Shown here: piece after piece, positions 1 through 8,915 of the stretch
Layout: each line of letters begins with the position of its first letter
Numbering within the stretch: position 1 is the stretch's first letter
Assembly (NCBI GenBank): GCA_963842865.1
Contig: CAWJIN010000007.1
Location: 15,855-79,854 of the forward strand
DNA: 64,000 nt
DNA from: Candidatus Bathyarchaeota archaeon
GTDB taxonomy: Archaea; Thermoproteota; Bathyarchaeia; Bathyarchaeales; Bathycorpusculaceae
Reading direction: 5' to 3'
Translations under genes and position numbers: made by a program
Notes under the pieces: model-generated
Databases searched by the model: none
The model's input: only the letters and a program-made list of their open reading frames with translations
Told to the model about the DNA's origin: nothing

Positions 1-13
1 AATAACAGAGATA

Positions 14-898
14 ATGGGCTCAGTCGTTTTGCTTCTCTTCTGGAAACAGGCAAACTCAAAGGTTCTTGAATACATTGTGCCCATCTGGGAAGTGACAGGT
101 ACGTTCGCGGCGTTTTTGGTTGTGATGGGGGACTTTGCCTATCCCTCTCTCTTGGTTCCCATCGCTTCCATCTTCGCGCCGTTGCTCACAGTATTCCTGA
201 TCCTCTTTGTTGCAAGAAACGCATCATTGGCTTTTGCAGAGTTCATAATCAAGAGAAAGTGGCTCGATAAAGTAAAACTCTACAGGATCTACGCTGCATC
301 GACGCTGGTTCTTGGTTTTACTGTCTTAGTCCTTTTCTCAGCTTTGGTCAGCGGCGCCGGCGTTAATTTTGCTAGGGGGACCTTTTCGCTTGGTGCTTGG
401 GTTTCTTCTCCTGGCTCCCTTCTTTTTGTGGTAGGTACGCTTGTCATAGGTATTGGCGTTGCACCTGTATTCTTTTCTCTTAATCCTATGAAGAACAGCG
501 TTCTGCCTTTGACTGCGGCTGGCGTTGGCCTCTCGGTTCTTGCTTACTACTTGTATTCGCCATCGTTTGTCTCTGCTCTGATGTTTATACCGGTCGCTCT
601 CACTCTGCTGGTCGGTGTTCTCTTCGTGATATCAAAAAAGACCGCTGCAATAGTATCAAACAAGGCAATTTTCATCACATTTCTTAGCGTCATAATATTC
701 TCCCTTCAGTTTCTAGTCTATCCTTCTGCAATTGGAGGAGCGATCTCTGTTGATGCCGTGACAACATCAGGTCCGATGACCACCGCGTACCTCAGCATTA
801 CAGCAGTCGGAGGAGCGATACTGGCAATTATGCTCGGATTCTACATGAATATCGCGATGCGCTCGAAAAATTCCACCCAAAAGAGCCAACTCAAGTAG
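14..898 (+). CDS. Cytochrome bd oxidase subunit II-like (CydB-like) polytopic membrane protein, probably 5'-truncated by the window edge
   Basis: About 8 hydrophobic segments; N-terminal PIWEVTGTF resembles the CydB P(V/I)W(D/E)xxxxW motif in its archaeal form. Confidence 0.55.
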   Translation: MGSVVLLLFWKQANSKVLEYIVPIWEVTGTFAAFLVVMGDFAYPSLLVPIASIFAPLLTVFLILFVARNASLAFAEFIIKRKWLDKVKLYRIYAASTLVLGFTVLVLFSALVSGAGVNFARGTFSLGAWVSSPGSLLFVVGTLVIGIGVAPVFFSLNPMKNSVLPLTAAGVGLSVLAYYLYSPSFVSALMFIPVALTLLVGVLFVISKKTAAIVSNKAIFITFLSVIIFSLQFLVYPSAIGGAISVDAVTTSGPMTTAYLSITAVGGAILAIMLGFYMNIAMRSKNSTQKSQLK

Positions 899-977
899 AC
901 TAAGGCTGTTGTATGATATCGACCCGGTAACTATGGCCATGAAGGCTCTTTTCCCAGATTTGGGTAGGTTTTCAATG

Positions 978-1001
978 GTTACCCGAGAGCTTGAAAGTCG
1001 A
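978..1001. repeat. 24-bp dispersed direct repeat, copy 1 (GTTACCCGAGAGCTTGAAAGTCGA)
   Basis: 23/24 identical to 7153-7176. Confidence 0.8.
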
Positions 1002-1146
1002 ATTAATCAAGGTAGAATGCAGCCTGAGATAGGTTCAAACTCTCGTTCAAACATTTTTCAAATACTATCAATTGGCAGCATCTTTCACACTTGGTTTTCT
1101 TTTCCCAATTCTAATGACTTAACTTTAGTCCTTAAACCCAAATTAG

Positions 1147-1596
1147 CTAAGTCGCTTCTAGAATCTCCTTCGCCTTCCGTAATCCATCCGTGACCCAGCG
1201 TTCGAAACTCTTCATATAGAACAGCTCCACGAGCTTGCCAAGCACTGAATAAGGGAGATCGATCAAAATGTTCAGGGTCACCTTTGTGCCTTTATCTATG
1301 GTTTCGAAGACAAAGGTCCATTCCTCCTTTTTACAGGGTCCGCCTTTGACTTCATGATCGACAAACCTGCGATTCTGCTCGAACTCAACAATTTCGTGCC
1401 AGTGTAAGCCGACCTTCATTCTTGAAATAACAGCAGATATGCGATATTTAGTGCCAACTCCTATGGGCTGCTTGGAGACATCCTCTATCTTTGTATTTGG
1501 AAGTATTTTCTCTTGGTTCTTAGGGTTTGAAAGAAAAGCGAACACTTTCTCTATAGGAGCTGCTATCTCTATTGACGTCTCAATTCTAGCCATCAC
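1147..1596 (-). CDS. SRPBCC/polyketide cyclase-like protein
   Basis: IETSIEIAAPIEKVFAFL N-terminus and C-terminal helix typical of the SRPBCC fold; GGTGA SD upstream. Confidence 0.85.
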   Translation of the reverse strand: MMARIETSIEIAAPIEKVFAFLSNPKNQEKILPNTKIEDVSKQPIGVGTKYRISAVISRMKVGLHWHEIVEFEQNRRFVDHEVKGGPCKKEEWTFVFETIDKGTKVTLNILIDLPYSVLGKLVELFYMKSFERWVTDGLRKAKEILEAT

Positions 1597-1736
1597 CGAT
1601 CACCAAGAAGCCCTATGAAGAAGCCAATATATAACTCTGACACGATAATTCAAAAAGAAGATTTTGTTTAATAGGCTTTGAAATGTTTTATATTTCAATT
1701 GATGCATAATATCCTTGTACGTTTGGAGGTGTTTGT

Positions 1737-1901
1737 TTGGCGCTTTCTTTGGATTCGGATAAATGTGTGAAGTGTGGAGACTGTGTTGAGGTTTGTCCTG
1801 TCAGCGTGTTTGAAAAGAAGGGGCCACTGGATGTTCCAAAGGTTGCTAGGGAGTCTTTTTGTATTAAGTGGAAACTGTCGCTGTTCAATGATTTTAAATA
1901 G
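1737..1901 (+). pseudogene. Frameshifted 2x[4Fe-4S] ferredoxin (not in ORF track)
   Basis: GGAGGTG SD, TTG start, CVKCGDCVEVCP motif; restoring a TG at ~1869 gives a second CIKCGNC motif. Confidence 0.7.
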
Positions 1902-1947
1902 AAGTTACAACAAACACGCCAAAATACAACGTAAGAGAGGTGATAAA

Positions 1948-2271
1948 ATGACCGTTTTCGTGGTGGAAACATACATTATAAAACCAGATAAACTAGGCGA
2001 AAACCTTGCACGTTACAAGAAATGGGAAGCATGGTGGAAAAATCATCCAGAGGTTTGCAAAGAGGTAAAATCGAACAAACTCTTCAGTCATCTGCTTGGA
2101 GGCAACTTTGGCGGGTATGTCGAAATGACGGAGTTTGAGAACCTTGCTGACGTTGAAAAATTCTACAATAAGTTTATGAAATCAGACTTCATGACAACAA
2201 TTTATCCAGAGTTTCTAAGTCATATAGTGCCTGGCACATATTCGATGAACATATGGAACTCTGTCCCATAA
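1948..2271 (+). CDS. Small dimeric alpha/beta-barrel (NIPSNAP-like) protein
   Basis: GAGGTGA SD before ATG 1948; MTVFVVETYIIKPDK...YVEMTEFENLAD pattern. Confidence 0.6.
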   Translation: MTVFVVETYIIKPDKLGENLARYKKWEAWWKNHPEVCKEVKSNKLFSHLLGGNFGGYVEMTEFENLADVEKFYNKFMKSDFMTTIYPEFLSHIVPGTYSMNIWNSVP

Positions 2272-2341
2272 ACCAAGCATTAAGCCTTAGAACTCAACCT
2301 TACTCACGCTTGGCCTTGATTGGACTGAGGGATTGAAGGCG

Positions 2342-2431
2342 ATGGGGAATCCAGAGTTCATTGCACCCTGTGGCGTGAATTGGTACGTTATGTTCAGGCC
2401 TCTTGGCATTGAAGAACGGCGTGAGAAGTTT
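2342..2431 (+). pseudogene. DUF3795-like Cys-rich protein N-terminal fragment
   Basis: MGNPEFIAPCGVN then, after a 1-bp shift, CTLCSGLLALKNGVRS, matching the IAPCGxNCxxCxxYL pattern. Confidence 0.5.
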
Positions 2432-2726
2432 TCTTTTTTTCAGTTGCTCATCAAAATGTGATAAATAGAGCACCGACGCTGTCAAACGGAGAATCAAGGG
2501 CAACTCTTGAGACACCTGTAAGAGTGGGGAAAATAGCGTCACAGCATCGATTTGCTGGTCTTTTCCCGAAGTGCAGCTACTTTTTGTTCAGGTCACTGTT
2601 CAATACTTTGAACCCTTTCTGTATATTTTCTGCGCTTTCAGCAATATTTCATCATGTTTTTTTGCGATGCCGTTCTAAACCTTGGATTTATATCTCATAC
2701 TGCCCTATCATTGTAGGGGTTTACAC

Positions 2727-3299
2727 ATGAATGAAATAGAAAAGAAGAGAGTACCCAGAAAAGGTATTGTTGCTGCGCTTGGAATAAGCTGCATCATTTT
2801 GGTAGCCTGCTTAGGTGCCGCGATTGAAACTTATACTTCGGCAATAAATGATAAGAACAATCAGATTTCTCAATTGAACTCTGGTGTCAACTCAACGTTT
2901 GAATTGTTATTCTCTTATTTTTCAAATCTGCAAAACCAATCAACCTCAGCCTTTAATACGACAGGAGCGACCTTCGCGGTCATAAACCAAATCAATCTTG
3001 ACCCTGCCAAATGGGAGAACAAGACAGTCATAGTCATAGGTAAACTCAGTGGTCCCTTCGCTTTTTATACTGGCATTTCATACGACTTTGTGCTTAGTCC
3101 CAACGAAACAGTAACTTCACAAACCAATCTGGATGTAAATAGCATCGGTGTAGATTTTAGAAACGGAGGTGCTCAGTTGAGCGGCTCAACCGTATTAATT
3201 GTAGGAGTAGTAGAAAAAGGAATAATAGGAACCAATTTAGCGGGAGCAAAACCTACAACGATATACTACATTGAAGAACAAGCTGTCCTGACCTCTTAG
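2727..3299 (+). CDS. Membrane-anchored/secreted hypothetical protein
   Basis: Basic N-terminus, hydrophobic helix, short coiled coil, N/S/T-rich beta domain. Confidence 0.65.
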   Translation: MNEIEKKRVPRKGIVAALGISCIILVACLGAAIETYTSAINDKNNQISQLNSGVNSTFELLFSYFSNLQNQSTSAFNTTGATFAVINQINLDPAKWENKTVIVIGKLSGPFAFYTGISYDFVLSPNETVTSQTNLDVNSIGVDFRNGGAQLSGSTVLIVGVVEKGIIGTNLAGAKPTTIYYIEEQAVLTS

Positions 3300-3364
3300 C
3301 AAGTGATCTCAACCTCTGTGCGCGATGTAAGTTGAATTTGTCTCCACTCATCTAAGCTCTTACC

Positions 3365-3519
3365 AGCCTGCGGCAGGAAAGTTCATTTCAATTCCGGGGT
3401 TCTTCTGTTCCGCCGAAAGGAGGATTAGTCACTACCACATTGACCATGTCAGAAGCTCCATAATCAGCCAAAGGTCTAGCCAACGTATTGTCGTGTCTAA
3501 TGTTTGGAACCTCTATTCC
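3365..3519 (-). pseudogene. hsdM: Type I restriction-modification M subunit (HsdM) internal fragment
   Basis: Minus strand reads GIEVPNIRHDNTLARPLADYGASDMVNVVVTNPPFGGTEE, a frameshift, then GIEMNFPA; NPPF is the N6-methyltransferase motif IV. Confidence 0.75.
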
Positions 3520-3580
3520 GAGCTATAAGTTCTTCAACACATAATATCGGGACAAGGCAGCACGTGTTTCGAAGGTTTTC

Positions 3581-3868
3581 CTACTCTTTTGTAAGCATTA
3601 TTTCAATTGTTGAAACCATCCGTGCTCTGGTTTCGCCCTCTCTTGGCGGCATCTCCTCTGTGCCTATCACGATTTTGCTTACTTTCAGGTCTTTTATAAA
3701 GCGATTTCTCGTTATTTCAGCTGCGTCAACAGCAGTAGTTATTGCTTGTCCTCTAGCCTTCAAGGTTATATCTTTACCATTGCTCGCCGACAGCCCTGTA
3801 ATAATCGCCAGAACATAGTCCATAGGCATTTTATTTCCAACGAAAACAATTTTAGATTTTTCCGACAT
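3581..3868 (-). CDS. albA: DNA/RNA-binding protein Alba
   Basis: VFVGNKMPMDYV...LKARGQAITTAVDAAEI...VSTIEI signature. Confidence 0.95.
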   Translation of the reverse strand: MSEKSKIVFVGNKMPMDYVLAIITGLSASNGKDITLKARGQAITTAVDAAEITRNRFIKDLKVSKIVIGTEEMPPREGETRARMVSTIEIMLTKE

Positions 3869-3929
3869 TTTCTATCACCATTTAATCATCGCAACTGCCT
3901 TCTACTACGCAACCTTCCTTATAAAGCGA

Positions 3930-4148
3930 TTAAACAACAGACCAAGTCGCGCCCTCGTTAGTTTTCTCTTCAAGCTTCTTTTGCTTTAGTTTCCTTCTTT
4001 GGACTATGGCTTCATATCTTTTCCTAACGTAAATTGTCCTACAACTGTTTGCATGGTACACTTTTCTTGGATCATACGTTTTGAATACGATGCCACAGGG
4101 GCAGGTTCTAATGAGAACTTTACTACTTAATCTCTCAAAGTTTTCCAT
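3930..4148 (-). CDS. Small basic putative Zn-binding protein
   Basis: CPC...H...C ligands and basic C-terminal helix. Confidence 0.55.
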   Translation of the reverse strand: MENFERLSSKVLIRTCPCGIVFKTYDPRKVYHANSCRTIYVRKRYEAIVQRRKLKQKKLEEKTNEGATWSVV

Positions 4149-4423
4149 ATCACTCTACCCAACAATTCTTACATTCAAGAAACTTATGAACAGCATTATC
4201 CACACCAGTATACTCAACGATTAAGATAATAAGTGCTTCTTTTCCATTTACTCGCTATTTTTTTAGACCCGCTATTCATATCTCCATCCCATCAGGACCT
4301 AAAGTCTTACAGCTAGGGCTATTTCTACGCTGTGCAGACTAAGACTTATCAAAATTAGAAGAAGAAACCAAATATCTGTGGTGCCATGCCAATTAATAAC
4401 AAACTCAATGAAAACAATGCCAA

Positions 4424-4759
4424 GACTATGATATTTTCTTGGTAACTAGAATTCGCGAAGAGGTTCTCAGCTGCAAGTCGGATGATGAAGCTATCAAAGC
4501 GGCGGTTAGCAAAGTTTGGATTGTAGTCTTGGGGCTAGGCCTCATTCTTTCAAGCGTTTTCGGGTCGCTTTCCTTATCAGGAATTGGTGAACTTCAAGAA
4601 ATTAGCCTCGCTGTTTCTTTTGCTGTGCTGGTCGATATCTCTGTTATCGCTCTGTTCTTTGTTCCATCCTTAATGGCGCTTGCACAAAAATATAACTAGT
4701 GGCCCTCAACAAGTGTCGAAAACAAAAGAATAGACAAATTGCCAAAAGATGAGGCATGA
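4424..4759 (+). pseudogene. MMPL/RND transporter C-terminal fragment
   Basis: DYDIFLVTRIREE motif with no upstream gene body; in-frame TAG at 4697 where KYNWWPS is expected (TGG>TAG). Confidence 0.75.
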
Positions 4760-5192
4760 ATTATAGACGATGCTGTAATTGGTTCCCATACTTTACGGCT
4801 ATGGCACGCGCAACGCAAAGGAGCCTTCTCCTCATTACGCTTAAGATCACAAGTGCAAGAAACCTCAAGCTCACTCCGCGCCCTATGACCGCATGCTGTA
4901 TACATAAACACTGGCAATCTGAAAGCCTTAATCCTGTGTAAAGGAAAGGCACATTATAATGACTTGTGCTGACAACCTTTCCGCAAGGTAAAAGCGCACT
5001 ACCGGTTAATTTACCTAAATTATTTAGCACTTAAATACATACACTTATAAGCGCATATGTGCTTAGTATGCTATGTGAATAAGTGAATTACAGCAAAAAA
5101 TGACAGAAATAAACGCGAAATTTGGAAATTGTCGATTCGCTTATTTTAAAAATATTTGACACGCAAAGCTGCAATAAAAGCAAGTGAATAAA

Positions 5193-5336
5193 ATGGGCCG
5201 CATCAATGTTGACATCTCAGACGAGTTAGAAAAACAGCTAAGATTGAAAACAGTAGAAAGGTTCGGAGGCAAAAAAGGCGACTTATCCCGAGCTGTTCAA
5301 GAAGCAGTAAAAACATGGCTCGACGAAAAAGAATAA
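5193..5336 (+). CDS. 47-aa ribbon-helix-helix protein (not in ORF track)
   Basis: MGRINVDISDELEKQLRLKTVERFGGKKGDLSRAVQEAVKTWLDEKE. Confidence 0.75.
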   Translation: MGRINVDISDELEKQLRLKTVERFGGKKGDLSRAVQEAVKTWLDEKE

Positions 5337-5578
5337 AGAATGAAGTCGCCCCTCCTAAATTACGATAACTATGTTGTAAGAATGCCTGACAGAAAGGCGC
5401 GGGGAAAGCCAGTTAGCCTCGAACACCCTCCGGAAGGTGTCATATGGGCAATCTAACTGGAAAGTCCCCTCTTGCAACGGTCATCACAGCAAGTTACACT
5501 TATCTGGTTGATGGCAATGGGCAACAAAAGTTTAAGCGATTTGTGAACAAATAATCATTCGATTACAAGGTGGAAATA

Positions 5579-5731
5579 ATGGTTAATAGAAAATTGGAAC
5601 TCGTGTTCATCGATAAGGAAGGGAAATGGTACCCTTTAGATGAAGTTGATCGTGAAGAATTAGCGGTAGGTTTAGAAAAAATTGCTAAAGAAGTCGCCAA
5701 ACGACTGCAATTGTTAAAAGAGCAAAGGTAG
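5579..5731 (+). CDS. 50-aa hypothetical protein (not in ORF track)
   Basis: AGGTGG SD, ATG, MVNRKLELVFIDKEGKWYPLDEVDREELAVGLEKIAKEVAKRLQLLKEQR. Confidence 0.5.
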   Translation: MVNRKLELVFIDKEGKWYPLDEVDREELAVGLEKIAKEVAKRLQLLKEQR

Positions 5732-5917
5732 AGACACTTCAGGTGTCTCTTCATCAAATTAGACAATAAAGATAAATTGAATTAGGTCACCGCTGACTTT
5801 CCGAGCAGTTCCTTTCCCTCGGACAAAATAAAAAACTGCAACAACAAACTGAATCAATTCAAAAATAGCTCTGTCGACATTTCACCTATCTTAGTTCTTT
5901 AATAATAAATAATCGAG

Positions 5918-6505
5918 GTGAAAAAAATGAGTGAAGAACAAAAAAAGACGCAGGTGAAAGCAATCGCAAAATCTGAAATCGCAGTAAAACCCGTAAAACC
6001 TGTTCTTGCTAAACACATTCCCACCAAAGTTCCTGCTAAACGTATTCCTGCCAAGCACGTTCCTGCAGTTCATGTTCTGACAACCTTTGACGATTTGATG
6101 GATAATTTTCGCAGAAACTTCATTGAAAGCATAGCTTTTCCATTTGAGTGGATAAGTATGGAACCCGTTCCAGTGGGTGAGGCAACTGTAGATCTTGTGG
6201 ATGAAGGAAACAGGTTTGTGGTGAAAGCAGAATTGCCTGGCGTAGCTAAAGACAAGATCGATGTAAGCCTGACGAATGATGGTATTGAAATCTCGGCTGA
6301 AACAGATGTTGAAAAAGAAAATAAGGATAAGAACTTTGTCGTCAGAGAACGCGTTTACTCGCATATTTATAAACAGCTGTCTTTCCCCGAAGAAGTAATC
6401 CCTGAGAAAGCTGAATCCACTTACAGAGACGGATTACTTGAAGTCTGCATCCCAAAAAAGACGATCGCACCCGCCCCTAAAAAACACAAAGTTCCAGTGA
6501 AATAG
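5918..6505 (+). CDS. Small heat shock protein Hsp20
   Basis: Alpha-crystallin domain (VDLVDEG..VVKAELPGV..ER..YRDGLLEVCIPK); N-terminal PAKH-like repeats. Confidence 0.92.
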   Translation: MKKMSEEQKKTQVKAIAKSEIAVKPVKPVLAKHIPTKVPAKRIPAKHVPAVHVLTTFDDLMDNFRRNFIESIAFPFEWISMEPVPVGEATVDLVDEGNRFVVKAELPGVAKDKIDVSLTNDGIEISAETDVEKENKDKNFVVRERVYSHIYKQLSFPEEVIPEKAESTYRDGLLEVCIPKKTIAPAPKKHKVPVK

Positions 6506-6604
6506 TTGGTGTGTAGCATTTTTTAGGCTCACTAACTATTTCCTTACAATATTTTTGAAAAACGAGCAAAAATAATAAAAACTTCTCGAACCTATCATCC
6601 GTTT

Positions 6605-6967
6605 ATGGTAAAGCGTAGATTAAAAACTGTGGACGAAATTTTAGGCAGTCTTGAACCGGAAAAGAAAATAATAACTGAAAAGGTTCGTTGCATAGTAAAG
6701 AATACAATTCCTGGCACGGCTGAGACAGTTAGGCGTGGGAGAATTATGTATGGTTTGAATGATAAAGACTTCTTGTCAATAAGAAATGACCGATCTCAAG
6801 TTGACTTGCTCTTTTTATGTGGGTCAACATGCCCGTCGCGCCTTTTGAAGGGAAGTGGGATGGGAAAAGACCTGATGTATATTAAAGTAAGAAACATGAG
6901 CGATCTTGATGAATCCGAACTCGTTAGACTACTCAAGGAAGCGGAAAGAATAGCTAGACAGGCTTAG
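6605..6967 (+). CDS. DUF1801/YdhG-like protein
   Basis: TVDEIL...LKGSGMGKDLMYIKV...LVRLLKEA pattern. Confidence 0.6.
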   Translation: MVKRRLKTVDEILGSLEPEKKIITEKVRCIVKNTIPGTAETVRRGRIMYGLNDKDFLSIRNDRSQVDLLFLCGSTCPSRLLKGSGMGKDLMYIKVRNMSDLDESELVRLLKEAERIARQA

Positions 6968-7094
6968 CCAAAGGCACACGCGCCAAACTGGATTAAATCT
7001 CTATGTGAGTTGAACTTATTTGAGTTCCAACCGCATTGTGGTCCCTGGGATCTACCGCAAGCCTTTAAGCGCCTTGTTACAGGTGAACTCGAAA

Positions 7095-7122
7095 GGATTC
7101 GTTTAATATATTAAGCGAATCC
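7095..7122. repeat. 28-bp near-perfect palindrome (hairpin) next to the tRNA fragment
   Basis: GGATTCGTTTAATA-TATTAAGCGAATCC, one mismatch. Confidence 0.75.
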
Positions 7123-7124
7123 GA

Positions 7125-7150
7125 TGGCGGGCCCGCTGGGATTTGAACCC
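7125..7150 (-). other. Orphan tRNA 3' fragment (T-arm, acceptor 3' strand, CCA)
   Basis: Minus strand GGGTTCAAATCCCAGCGGGCCCGCCA; no matching 5' half nearby. Confidence 0.75.
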
Positions 7151-7152
7151 AC

Positions 7153-7176
7153 GTTACCCGAGAGTTTGAAAGTCGA
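7153..7176. repeat. 24-bp dispersed direct repeat, copy 2
   Basis: GTTACCCGAGAGTTTGAAAGTCGA, 23/24 identical to 978-1001. Confidence 0.8.
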
Positions 7177-7194
7177 CCTGACTAGGTTTTAATG

Positions 7195-7267
7195 TAGCCC
7201 GGGAGAGATTCGAACTCTCGTCGGAGGCTCCAGAGGCCCCTATGCTTGACCACTACACCACCGGGCT
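7195..7267 (-). tRNA. tRNA-Gln (anticodon CUG), intronless, CCA not encoded
   Basis: AGCCCGG/CCGGGCT acceptor stem, GGGGC-CTCTGGA-GCCTC anticodon arm, GAGAG-TTCGAAT-CTCTC T-arm. Confidence 0.95.
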
Positions 7268-7303
7268 TCAACCAACACCAAAACATGCTTCACTATTATA
7301 ACT

Positions 7304-7525
7304 TTAATGTTGTGTTGTTTCGTTGCCGTTTTTCTTCTTTAATGCTTCTCGGACGCAGTAGCATTCTTGGCTGATCTTATTCCAGTCACTGCAGTGCCAT
7401 AGGGTGTCAACTATTGGGTTTTTGTTTTGAGCATGGCGGGTTGAGCAGAAAATTTTGGTGGGGTAATCGTATGAGTTGTGGCTGTCGCAGTTGCCGCAGA
7501 ACTTTTCAGAATCATTGCCGCTCAT
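7304..7525 (-). CDS. Small Cys-rich protein coupled to dys
   Basis: CxxC...C...C...CxC; ATGA overlap with the dys stop. Confidence 0.7.
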   Translation of the reverse strand: MSGNDSEKFCGNCDSHNSYDYPTKIFCSTRHAQNKNPIVDTLWHCSDWNKISQECYCVREALKKKNGNETTQH

Positions 7526-8550
7526 GGTTTTAGCTTCCTTTGCGTACCGGTTTTAGGCTGTAAAGCAAGGTTGCGCTTGAAGCTTTCGCCTAATCGTTCG
7601 GTAACGGAAGCGACAAGAAACGGGAAAACCATCAATGCTTCACCGATAACCATAACATGGTCTGCTTTGCCTTTCATTTTTCCCCAGCTCACCGTCTCCT
7701 CCAATGTTGAACCCGATAAGCCTCCTGTTTCAGGCCGGTCCAGGGTGATTACCACAGCATAATCTAAGCCTTTCTTAGAGGCTAATACGGATGATTGGAT
7801 GGTGTTGCGTGGTACTCCGCCACCGATTACTATCATCCCATTTTTGGGTGATTTCGCACTGATGCCGCAAATAGTTGGCACATCCTTGAAAGCGTCAACC
7901 TGAAGCACAGGCTTGGGGTTTTGCTGGGACGCGTGAAGCCAATGGATGAAACCAAATTCTGAGTCGCGCACAGCTGGGATAAAAATTGGAACCCCCTCTT
8001 CATAGGCTGCTCGCAGTATAGAGTTTGGGTCGGTTAGTCGCTTGCCGATTTCCCAGGAAAACTCGTTTGAAGCTAAGCTTTCTCCTTTTCGTTCTAATGC
8101 AATATCATCATACATTTCCGACAGCTTGAAGTCCAATTTAACGAAGTCTTCTTCAGGAACAAAAATATCGTAAATACGGAAAACATGATACCTGTAAAGC
8201 TCATTGTCATTCACTGCCCAGCTTCCTTTATAATGATGCCCACCTACGGCTTCAATGGCGTCATGAACCATGCATGCGCCCGTACTGACGATCACGTCCA
8301 CGAACCTTTTTCTTATCAAGTCAGTGATTAACGTGCGCATTCCAGCGGGTACGACTGCGCCTGAAAGCGCTAAGAAGATGGTGCAGTCTTTATCTTTGAG
8401 CATTTTCTCATAGATATCGCATGCCGTTGCTAAGCGTCCAGCGCCTAAGGAGCCTGAGTTTTTGAATTGTTGCATTAACTGGTCAACTGTTTGTGACCCG
8501 TTTATTTTTATATGCTTAACTGGAGTTTCGAGGTAATCTTTTCTTTTCAT
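7522..8550 (-). CDS. dys: Deoxyhypusine synthase
   Basis: STGA..HD, GGGVP, GGLSGSTLEETVSWGK motif with the catalytic Lys. Confidence 0.95.
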   Translation of the reverse strand: MKRKDYLETPVKHIKINGSQTVDQLMQQFKNSGSLGAGRLATACDIYEKMLKDKDCTIFLALSGAVVPAGMRTLITDLIRKRFVDVIVSTGACMVHDAIEAVGGHHYKGSWAVNDNELYRYHVFRIYDIFVPEEDFVKLDFKLSEMYDDIALERKGESLASNEFSWEIGKRLTDPNSILRAAYEEGVPIFIPAVRDSEFGFIHWLHASQQNPKPVLQVDAFKDVPTICGISAKSPKNGMIVIGGGVPRNTIQSSVLASKKGLDYAVVITLDRPETGGLSGSTLEETVSWGKMKGKADHVMVIGEALMVFPFLVASVTERLGESFKRNLALQPKTGTQRKLKP

Positions 8551-8644
8551 CCAAGTTGCGCCTAGAATGTTAGTTTATTTACTGGAATATGAAAATAGGT
8601 TTCTATATTTAAAGAGTGACAAATTTTAGACGCAAAAGTAGTTA

Positions 8645-8899
8645 TCAGAATCTTCGAGAGGAAATTCTTTCTTGAACTTCTTTTAGCCGTTGTTCTGAAA
8701 GATAGTATTTTCCGTTAACTTCCACGAAAATTCCTGTTCTGCCTAAGCGTCTTTGCATTGCCTCTTTGAATCTCGGCGGAAGCCCTAATTCTTCTGGAGT
8801 CATGGCTTTTTCTTGGGTTAGAGCGCCTTTTTCCCTGAATTTTGCTATTAATTCGCTGAGTTGTTTGCGGATTTCTTCTCTTCTTCTAAACATGCGCAA
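8645..8899 (-). CDS. Small basic hypothetical protein, winged-helix-like
   Basis: FREKGA...TPEELGLP...GIFVEVNGKYYLSE; co-oriented downstream of amtB. Confidence 0.65.
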   Translation of the reverse strand: MRMFRRREEIRKQLSELIAKFREKGALTQEKAMTPEELGLPPRFKEAMQRRLGRTGIFVEVNGKYYLSEQRLKEVQERISSRRF

Positions 8900-8915
8900 T
8901 TGCCTTTTGTTTGCT

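Noticed and set aside
900-1001. 5' half of a split tRNA pairing with the 7125-7176 fragment
   Set aside because: The sequence before 978 has no GGGCCCG acceptor strand or D-arm
7095-7122. Xer/dif site
   Set aside because: The 28-bp length fits, but the arms do not show the TAA-N6-TTA arrangement; a simple hairpin is more parsimonious
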